This document shows, one piece after another, positions 1 to 9,200 of a stretch of 52,483 nt of DNA. The DNA comes from Gemmatimonadota bacterium. GTDB taxonomy: Bacteria; Gemmatimonadota; Gemmatimonadetes; Gemmatimonadales; Gemmatimonadaceae. Position 1 is the stretch's first letter, and every line of letters begins with the position of its first letter. The position numbers were made by a program, and so were the translations under genes. The DNA is taken from contig JAZJZK010000050.1 of assembly GCA_040389905.1 (NCBI GenBank), positions 12,689 to 65,171 of the forward strand, in the 5' to 3' direction. Below the pieces are notes generated by a model that was given only the letters and a program-made list of their open reading frames with translations, ran no database searches and was not told where the DNA came from.

Positions 1-302
1 GCTGTTCCCGTAGTCCTCCGTGTCCTCTGTGTCCTCTGTGGTTCATTTGCAGTTCGACTGAACGAACAACGAACCATTAACCACAGAGGACACAGAGGAC
101 ACAGAGAACTGCGGCAACGCGATAAATGTTTCTCCGTGGCCTCCCTGTCTCCTTGATTGCTGTTCCCGTAGTCCTCCGTGTCCTCTGTGTCCTCTGTGGT
201 TCATTTGCAGTTCCGCAGTCCGTTGCGGCGAACTCGCGGCAGGTGTCCTCTATCCTGTTTTCCTCTGCGTTCCTCTGCTCCTCTGCGCCCTCTGCGGTTC
301 AC
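1..302. repeat. Cluster of CCTCTG(C/T)G-periodic palindromic repeats (BIME-like mosaic)
   Basis: 55-bp exact direct repeat at 1-55 and 159-213; inverted arm aaccacagaggacacagaggacacagag at ~79-107; related arm cctctgcgttcctctgctcctctgcgccctctgcggt at ~262-298. Confidence 0.85.
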
Positions 303-306
303 ACGC

Positions 307-1005
307 CTACGACACCGTAAGCCTGTATCCAATTCTCGAAATCGTCTCGATAACTTCCCCGTCATCCGCGCCCGGGCTCAGCTTTCTTCGCAACTCCGCG
401 AGATGCGTGTCGATCGTCCGGCTCGTCACGTCATGCTGGTATCCCCACACTTCTTCGAGGAGGTCGCGCCGACTGATCACGATGCCCGGCCGCTTGAGAA
501 AGGCGACCAGCAGATCGAACTCCTTCGGCCGCAATGTGAGCGATCGTCCCGCGCGGCGCACCATGCGCGTGGAAAGCTCGACTTCGATGTCGCCGCTCCG
601 GTAGCCTTCGCGCGGCGTGGCCTGTCCGCGGTTCTTCGCGACCTGAATGCGCACGCGGTCGAGCGTGGCGATGAATCGCTCCTCATCGAACGGCTTCAAT
701 AAATAGTCGAACGCCGAGACGCCGAAGGCTTCGAGGGCGTACTGGTCGTAGGCGGAGACGAAGGTAACGAGCGGCGCATTCGGGCCTCCGATCGCGCGCG
801 CCACGTCCATCCCGTCCAGCTCGACCATCTTGATGTCGAGAAACACCAAGTCGGGAACATGCGCTCGAATCTGCCGGACCGCCTCCGGCCCATCTTCGCA
901 CTCCGCAACGACCAGAAAGTCGGCATGCGTCGCCAGCAGCGTGCGCAAGCGTCGGCGTGCCAGGTGCTCGTCGTCGACGATGATCGTTCGCACCGGCGTC
1001 CCCAT
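307..1005 (-). CDS. Response regulator: LytTR-type receiver plus OmpR/PhoB-type winged-helix domain
   Basis: Receiver IVDDE..LDIKM..SAYDQYALEAF..DYLLKPF; C-terminus LRPKEFDLL..SRRDLLEEVWGY..SRTIDTHLAELRRKL..IGYRL. ATG at 1005 overlaps the kinase stop (TAATG). Confidence 0.9.
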   Translation of the reverse strand: MGTPVRTIIVDDEHLARRRLRTLLATHADFLVVAECEDGPEAVRQIRAHVPDLVFLDIKMVELDGMDVARAIGGPNAPLVTFVSAYDQYALEAFGVSAFDYLLKPFDEERFIATLDRVRIQVAKNRGQATPREGYRSGDIEVELSTRMVRRAGRSLTLRPKEFDLLVAFLKRPGIVISRRDLLEEVWGYQHDVTSRTIDTHLAELRRKLSPGADDGEVIETISRIGYRLTVS

Positions 1006-2093
1006 TACGCGGCCGGCTCGAGGATGGTGGTGAGGGGCACTGAGACTCGGCATACCGTTCCTCCTGTGGTCACGCGCTCGAGCGCAAAGGTGTGATCATC
1101 GCCATAGAGTTGCCGCAGCCGGGCTTTCGTCGACGAGAGACCGATGCCGTCGCGCACGACGCCGTCGTCCGGAATGCCCGCACCGTTGTCGCGCACGAAG
1201 AGCTGAAGGCGTGTACCATCGCGCACGGCGCCGATCTCGATCAATCCGGCCGTTGGACGGCGAGATGTCCCGTGACGAATGGCGTTCTCGACCAAGGGCT
1301 GGAGCAGGAGGTGCGGAACGCGCGCGTCGACGACACGCGGATCGACTTGAAACTGCACGCTCAGCCGCGGGCCAAAGCGCGCTTCCTGGAGCTCGACGTA
1401 CTTCTCGAGAAAGGAAAGCTCCTTCGCCAACGAGGTCTCAGCCTGGTTGCCATCCTGGAGCACGTGTCGCAACAGATCGCTCAACTTCGCCAGCAATCGC
1501 TCCGCCTGCACAGGCTCGTCGCGCACGAGCGCCGAAATGGCGTGGAGCGTATTGAAGAGAAAGTGCGGCTGCAGCTGGGAGCTCAGCACGTGCAGTCGTG
1601 CCTCGGCGAGCTGGGTGAGGAGTACGGCCTCGTTCAGCTCGCGGTTCCGTGATTCCACGGCATAGAGGACTGCCTGTGCGATCGCGATGACACTCACGTA
1701 CGTCAGGATATTGGCGGTCACGTAGCCAATCGTGGCCAATCGCGCGGCACCGAGCATCGTCTGCTTCGGGAAACCCCCGACGAGTTTTTCGGCGATGCCC
1801 ATCATCACGCCACCGATAAGGACGAAGGCGAGCGCCCCTGCGAGATGGGCCGCGATCGCGCGCCGCCGCCGCTCATCGGTGAAACGAAACTGCCGAGCCA
1901 GGATCGCCATGCCTGGCGTCAGGATGGCGCAGGGGGCGAACGATGCAAAAGTGTGGGCGAACACCTGGTACACTGCCACGTTCCCGCGCACCGCTCCCTG
2001 AATGGCGAACAGCGTCGCAAGAACGGACCAGGCGGCCACGTTCACGAGCATCCACTTCCACGGGCGACGGACCCACGGTGCTTCGATTGTCAT
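1005..2093 (-). CDS. LytS/YehU-family sensor histidine kinase
   Basis: N-terminal TM helices; QLQPHFLFNTLHAI H-box; LLQPLVENAIRHG; DNGAG; GIGL. Confidence 0.92.
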   Translation of the reverse strand: MTIEAPWVRRPWKWMLVNVAAWSVLATLFAIQGAVRGNVAVYQVFAHTFASFAPCAILTPGMAILARQFRFTDERRRRAIAAHLAGALAFVLIGGVMMGIAEKLVGGFPKQTMLGAARLATIGYVTANILTYVSVIAIAQAVLYAVESRNRELNEAVLLTQLAEARLHVLSSQLQPHFLFNTLHAISALVRDEPVQAERLLAKLSDLLRHVLQDGNQAETSLAKELSFLEKYVELQEARFGPRLSVQFQVDPRVVDARVPHLLLQPLVENAIRHGTSRRPTAGLIEIGAVRDGTRLQLFVRDNGAGIPDDGVVRDGIGLSSTKARLRQLYGDDHTFALERVTTGGTVCRVSVPLTTILEPAA

Positions 2094-2407
2094 CTAGCGT
2101 CGGATCAGGGAGATGATTCGCCCGCCGCCATAGTCGTAGCTCGTGCTGAGAACGCGGCGATCGGCCTGACTCAATGTGACGGTTACGATCGCTGAAGGAT
2201 ACGCGACAGACACAACCCATCTTGGTGTGAGAACGAAACGACGGCGGACGCACCATGTCCAAGTATGACGCTCAGTAGTGCGGAGCAGGTTGCTCTTGAC
2301 GTCAGGGATTTGTTCGAGTTCGGCCTGCCGAGGCACCGCAGTCTTTCGGTAACCGGAGCGACGTTTTCGCTATTCCGTTTCATTCGATGCGTTGTATCAT
2401 GCCGTGT

Positions 2408-2782
2408 ATGGGAATCTTCCGCATAACGATGGCGATCGAAAATCCACTCACCCCCGGAATCCTCCACGAGATACCACTCGCGATGGTGGATACCGGCAGC
2501 GAGTACACCTGGGTACCAAGGTCGGCGCTCGAAGCCGCGGGCATCGCACCGTTGCGCACCGCACGCTTCATCGCGGCTGATGGCCGCGCACTGGAGCGCT
2601 GGACCGCGTTTGCAAACGTCTATGCCGGTGGCACCTCTGCGCCGGACATCGTCGTCTTCGCGGAGGCGGGAGACCTCACCTTACTTGGCGCTCGTGCGCT
2701 CGAAGGTCTGAACCTGAGAGTCGATAGCGTCGCGAAGATGTTGGTACCTGCTGGACCAGTGCCTGCGGCGGCCGCTGCCTAG
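2408..2782 (+). CDS. Clan AA (retropepsin-like) aspartic protease
   Basis: VDTGSEYTWVP catalytic motif and LLGARALEGLNL. Start chosen 7 nt after a TATCAT -10-like box. Confidence 0.85.
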   Translation: MGIFRITMAIENPLTPGILHEIPLAMVDTGSEYTWVPRSALEAAGIAPLRTARFIAADGRALERWTAFANVYAGGTSAPDIVVFAEAGDLTLLGARALEGLNLRVDSVAKMLVPAGPVPAAAAA

Positions 2783-2802
2783 CTCCAATGCTGTTCAATT
2801 AG

Positions 2803-3032
2803 GAACTGCAGCAAAGCACAAAGCTTCACCGCAGAGGACGCAGAGAGGTCGTGCGCACCCTGAGCAACTTCCGAGCGCCGGACCGCAGAGGGCGCAAAGG
2901 ACTACGCGATAACCCGTACCGCCCCCAAGTCCGTTCCGCATTCCTTTGCGCCCTCTGCGGTCCGCCGCACTCACGCGTGCTCGGAGGGCAGGATCTCTGC
3001 GTCCTCTGCGGTGAGCTTTGTCGTTGCTGTTC
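2803..3032. repeat. Nested inverted repeats of the ACCGCAGAG family (long imperfect hairpin)
   Basis: Outer arms caccgcagaggacgcagag / ctctgcgtcctctgcggtg; inner arms cggaccgcagagggcgcaaagga / tcctttgcgccctctgcggtccg. Confidence 0.85.
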
Positions 3033-3082
3033 GGCTATTGACCATCGAACGCGTGCCGAGGCACCTCGTACTCCGGCGGCAG

Positions 3083-3114
3083 GTGCAGATCTCTCGGCTC
3101 CGCTCGGGATGACA
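3083..3114. repeat. REP-like half element (…GCTCGGGATGACA family)
   Basis: gtgcagatctctcggctccgctcgggatgaca matches the right arm of the element at 11681-11770. Confidence 0.75.
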
Positions 3115-3201
3115 GCGCTAACTGAACCGTAGTGTGCCTAGCTCGACGGTGTGACGCAGGACACTGGCGTGTGCAAGCCGGTCTGGTAGCTTTGCCGACT
3201 T

Positions 3202-6200
3202 ATGTGGCGTTCGATACGCGAGTCGGTCCGCAGACACGCACATCTTCTCGTGTGCGCGAGCCTCATGTTGTCCGCCGTCTGCGGCGATCCCGTTGGGCCC
3301 GGGATCAACCCACAGGGGCTCCGCGCATCGTTCAACTTCGCGCCGACATTTCCAGCAGGTGCGGCCGCCGCGCTGCACGCCGCCGCCATCGACGTCGATA
3401 ACGTCCACATCATCATCCGCCGCCTCGACGGCGCGGTCGTCCTCGATACCATCATCCAGTTCCCGGCGGGCGTCAACGAGGTCTCCCTCGAGGCGTCCGT
3501 CCTCGTTCGCGGCGCATCGGAGCAGTTCTCCGCAATGATCCAGCTGCGGAGCGGCACGATGACGCTCTTCGAAGGCACGCAGCAGATCGAAGCACGAGCG
3601 GGCGTTGTTGCGCCGCAGACCGTTGCCGTCACGACGCATTACGCCGGCCCCGGCGCGACGGCCACGAGGGTGACCATCGCGCCACGATCTCTCCCACTCG
3701 TGCCGGGCGCGACCGTACAACTTGTGGCGACAGTTGCCGATGCGGCCGGGACGACGTTCTCGGGCGTACCACTCGCCTGGACGTCGAGCGATCCCACCGT
3801 CGCGACCGTGTCATCGTCTGGACTCGTTACGGCGCTGAACAAGCGCGGGAGCACCAATCTCGTTGTCTCGACGCTGTCCAACCTCACGGATCAGGTTTCC
3901 GCTTCGGTGACGCTGCCGCCGTCGGTGAGCAGGATCATCAGCGGTGGCGGCCAGACTGCACGCGTCGGTTCCACATTACCACAACCGCTGGTCGTCGAGG
4001 TCGACGCAGCGGACGGCGTCCCCAGCGCTGGAGTGGCCGTGACCTTCCGGCCACTGTCCCCCAACGCCACGGTGTCACCCGCCAGCGGCACGACGGATGC
4101 GAGCGGACGCGTGAGCACCACGCTCACCCTTGGTGGCAGTATTGGCGCGCAGTCGTTCGAGGTCGCGGCCACGGCACTCCCAACGCTGACGGTCTCCGCG
4201 ACGGCGACACCCGGGCTGCCAACAAAGATCACGGTGGTCGGCGGGTCGGGGCAGCGCGACACCGTAGGCAAGCCGCTCGCGCTACCACTCGTCGTTCGAG
4301 TGACGGACGACTTCGGGAATAGCCTCCAAGGGATTCCGGTGTCCTGGACGCGCAATGGCGGATCTGGGGCCGTCAGCGCGGCGTCGAGCGTAACCGACGC
4401 GACCGGTCAGGCGAGCGTGACGTACACCTTGGGCTCGACCGCCGGAAACGAGAGCATTGTCGCGGCACTCGACGGAGGAGCGTCGGCGACCTTCGGTGCC
4501 ACCGCCCTTGCGCGCCCGCCCACCAACATCGTCGCAACGACCGCGACGACTCAGTCTGGGACCGTCGGCACGACGGGGTTGACGCTCAGCGTGTTGGTCA
4601 CCAATGACCTCGCCCAGCCTGTATCCGGCGTCGTCGTTTCGTGGGATGCCGCAGGAAAAGCGACAGTCGCGACCGCGACCACCGTCACCGGCCCCGATGG
4701 TCGCGCATCCAACACAGTTACGTACGACACGACGATTGGTCCCGCAACGGTCGTTGCATCATTCGGCGGGAGCGCGCAGGTTCAGTTCAACCTCACTGCC
4801 GTTGCCGGTCAGCCGACGCAATTCCTGGTCGACGCTGGCGACAGGCAATCCGCCAATGCTGGAAGCACGCTGCCCGTTCGGCCGGCGGTTCGTGTGCTCG
4901 ACGCCCGCAATAATCCTGTCGGCGCAGCGGTGACGTTCACGGTCACAGGAGGCGGGGGCACGGTGACCGGCAGTCAGGCATTCACTGACTCCACCGGCGT
5001 CGCGAGCGTCGGCAGTTGGACGCTTGGTCCAGCGGGGCCACAGTCGCTGAAAGCAACCTACGGCTTCTTCTTGATTGAGTTTACGGCGACCAGCACGCCG
5101 GTCGGCCCGCCACAACTTGCCGTCACGATTCAGCCGAACACATCGCAACAGAATGCCACGCCGTTGACGACAAACCCGCACGTCCAGCTCGAGGACTTTG
5201 CGGGAGCGCCGCTCACGACGTCCGGAATCCCGGTCACCGTTGCGCTCTCGTCGAGCGGTCAAACACTCGGCGGAGCGCTCACCGTCAACACCAATGCGAG
5301 TGGCGTTGCGGTGTTCAGCGGCCTCTCGATACTGGGAAGCGTCGGCAGCAATCAGATGGTGTTTACGTCGCCCGGATACACGAGCGCGACGTCGGCACCC
5401 TTCTCGATTACGCCTGGTGCTCCATCGCAACTGGTCGCCGTTACCTCGACCCTCTTCACCGGAGCGGCTGGCTCGACGGCGTCACCGACACCGGCCGTTG
5501 CGCTGAAGGACGTCTCCGGCAATCCAATCGCCGGCGAGACCGTGACGTTCGCACCGGCCAGCGCGGCGAGCGGCACCGTGACGGGCGGCTCCGCGGTCAC
5601 GAATGCGAGCGGGACGGCGAGCCCGACGTCATGGACGCTGCATGGCACCGCAGGAAAAGACTCCCTCATCGCGACGTACGGCTCGGTGAGTGGTAGCCCC
5701 ATCACATTTGTCGCGACCACCGGTAGCACCGCGGCCTATTTCTACATCGCCAGTGGCAATGGACAGACTGGCGTCACGGGCCAGCCGCTTGCCGCGCCGC
5801 TCGTCGTCGAGGTGCAGGACGCCTCCGAGAACCTCGCGTCTGGCGTCACCGTCACCTTCACCGTCACGGGTGGTGGTGGTTCGCCCGCCACGCAGGACGT
5901 CGTCACTGGGGCGAACGGCCGAGCAAGCTTCACATGGACGCTCGGAGCGCCGGGGCCGCAGTCGGTCACGGCATCGACCGGTAGCCTCAGCGTCCAATTC
6001 ACAGCGACGAGCACACCGGCGGCACCGCCTCAACTGGCCGTCGCCGTCGAGCCGAACTCCACCATACAGAACGCGACGGCGTTTTCGACGAGTCCACAGA
6101 TTCAGCTCAAGGACAACGCAGGCGCCATCGCGACCACATCCGGCGTGCCGGTCACCGTCTCCCTGGCGTCGGAGAGTCAAAACCTCGTTGGCACTCTCAC

Positions 6201-9200
6201 GGTCAACACCAACGCGAGCGGCATTGCGGTCTTTAACGGCCTGTCGATCCTTGGCAACGTCGGCACCACGCAAATGGTGTTTACGTCAAGCGGCTACACG
6301 AGTGCCACGTCCGCGTCGTTCACGATTACGCCGGGCGCTCCGTCCCAGCTCGTCGCGCTCACGCCGACATCGATGAGCGGGACGGTCGGTGCGGCCGCCT
6401 CGCCCCTTCCCTCGGTTGCGCTCAAGGACGTTTCTGGAAATGGCATTGCGGGGCAAACGGTCACCTTTGGGGCAACGAGTAGCGCGAGCGGCACGGTAAC
6501 GGGCGGGGCTGCGGTCACGAATGCCGATGGCGCAGCGAGCCCGACGTCCTGGACCTTTGATGTCGCGCCCGGCAAGGACACCCTCCTCGCGACGTTTGGA
6601 TCGGTTGCCGGAAGCCCGATTTCGTTCGTCGCGACGACCAGCACCGGCGCGGCGACCCAGCTCGTTGTGATCAGCGGAAACGCCCAGACCGCCGTGTCGG
6701 GCCAGCCGCTCGCCGCGCCACTCGTTGTCGAGGCGCGGGACGCGCTCGGCAATCTCGTCTCTGGCGTGACGGTGACGTTCGCCGTCACGGGCGGAGGCGG
6801 ATCACCGAGTTCGCAGAACGTGGTAACGGGCAGCGACGGGCGGGCGAGTTTTACGTGGACGATGGGGGTCGCCGGGCCCCAGTCACTGACCGCGTCAGCA
6901 GCGAGCCTCAGCGCGTCCTTCACCGCGACGAGCACCCCGGCAGGCCCGCCACAACTGGCCGTCTCCACACAACCGAACGCCACACAGCAGAACGCCACGC
7001 CGTTCACGACGAACCCGCAGGTCCAGGTCAAGGACAACGGCGGCGCGCTCGTGACGACCGCCGGCGTGCCTGTGACCGTTTCGCTCGCGACGACTGGCCA
7101 AACACTCAGCGGCACAGTCACGGTCAATACGAACGCGAGTGGCATCGCGGTGTTCACCGACTTGTCGATTCTTGGGACCGTCGGCATCAACCAGATGGTG
7201 TTTGCGTCGTCTGGATATACGAGCGTCACCTCCGCGTCCTTCACGGTGACCGCGGGCGTTGCCTCGCAGCTCGCTGCGGTCACATCGACCTCGCTGACGG
7301 GCACGGTCGGGTCGGTCGCCTCACCGATACCGAGCGTCATACTCAAGGACGTTTCGGGGAACCCGGTCGCCGGCCAGACAGTCACCTTCACTCCCGCGAG
7401 CCCTGCGAGCGGCACAGTGTCCGGCGGCTCGGCCATCACGAACTCAAATGGAACGGCGAACCCCGCCTCCTGGACGTTTGATGGAACGGCAGGAAAGGAC
7501 ACGCTCCTCGCGACGTACGCCAGTGTAAGTGGCAGCCCGTTGGCGTTCATCGCCACAACGGTGAGCGGCGCCGCGACGCAACTCCTGATAATCAGTGGGA
7601 ACAACCAGACCGGCATCACCGGCCAGCCACTCGCTGCCCCATTGATCGTCGAGGCCCGGGATGCGCTCGGCAATCCGGTGTCCGGCGTGACGATCGGATT
7701 CGCGGTCACGGCCGGCGGTGGCACGCCGGCGACGCAGAGCGTCACGACCATCAGCGATGGACGCGCGAGCTTTACGTGGACGCTGGGTTCGGTGGGGACG
7801 CAGGCTCTGCGTGCGTGCCTGCCGTCATGTTCCGCGCAGGTGACATTCAATGCGCTGGCGATCCCTGTTGGCGCGGACGCAATCTGGACCGGCTCAACCA
7901 GTACCGACTGGTCCACGGGCACGAACTGGAATCCGGCGGTGGTCCCGAGTTCGACGTCCAAGGTCTTCGTGCCAACGGGTACGACCTTCGCGCCAACGCT
8001 GTTTTCTGCCGCTTCGCTCACGGACCTCACAATGGCCAGTGGCACGACGCTCACCGTCGGCTCGCAGTCGCTCAGCGTCTCGGGCAGCCTGTTGGCCGCG
8101 GGTTCGTCGATCGTCGGCACGGGAACCGTCACGATGACGGGGAATGGCAAGCAGCTCGCCGGAGCGCTTCCGAACCTTGTCGTGACTGGAGGCGGTGTCA
8201 TCACCGCCAGCGGAACGACTTCGATCACGGGCACGATGACGGTGACCGGCGGCTCCGTGTTCGATGCGGGTGCGGCCACCACGACGATTTCCGGCGCGCT
8301 CACCTTTCCGAATAGCGCGAACTCGCGGCTCCGCATGTTGAACGCGTCGGCGCGCGTCGTGGTCGGGGGCGATGCGTACTTCAATGCGGTCGACATGGGG
8401 GACGGTGAGCTCACCGCGGGGGTGCTCGAGATCAAGGGCAACTTCACCGCCGAACGCGATCGCTTCCAGGCGTTCCGGGCGAGCGGCACGCACCTGACGA
8501 AGTTCACGGGGACGGCCGCCCAGGTGATCTACTTCTACTATGCGCGCGATGACCGCTCCCGCTTCCAGAACGTCGAGTTCGCAAACGCTCAAGGCATTCA
8601 GTTCAATTCCGAGGTGGTCGCCGCAGGGGATGCGACGGTGCTCGGTAGCACGGCGCTGACGGGAGCGCGTCTGTGGGTGGGGCGACTCCTGTCCACCGCG
8701 AGCGCGACGACACTCGGTGGCTTGACGGATGTCGTGGTGTACAGCGGCGATGGCGCGTTCCCACTGATGAGTGGCGTGGCGCCCCCCGCCCTCTATCTCG
8801 CCACCGGATCTGTGGTGAGTACGCCCGCTGGTTCGACAACCCTTCCCGGCGCGCTCATTGTCAATTCGGCTACAACACTCGACATCGGTGCCAACACGCT
8901 CACGGTCAATGGCGCCCTTACCTATTCGAGCAGCAGCAACGCGCGCCTGCGCATGAACCATCCGTCCGGGCGCATGATCGTGAACGGCGATGCGTACTTC
9001 AACGCCGTGGACATGGGGGACGGCGACCTGACGGCGGGCGTCCTCGAGCTCCGAGGCAATGTCACCGTGGAGCGCGATCGCTTCCAGTCGTTCCGCGCCG
9101 GCGGAACGCACCTGACAAAGATCAATGGTACGACGCCGCAGGCGATCTACTTCTACTATCCGCGCGATGATCGCTCGCGTTTCCAGAATGTGGAATTCGC

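Noticed and set aside
1..302. Possible CRISPR array
   Set aside because: Repeats are internally periodic, occur in both orientations, lack regular unique spacers, and no cas gene is present.
2094..2336. 80-aa ORF abutting the kinase start
   Set aside because: No RBS or recognisable motif; cannot be supported without a homology search.
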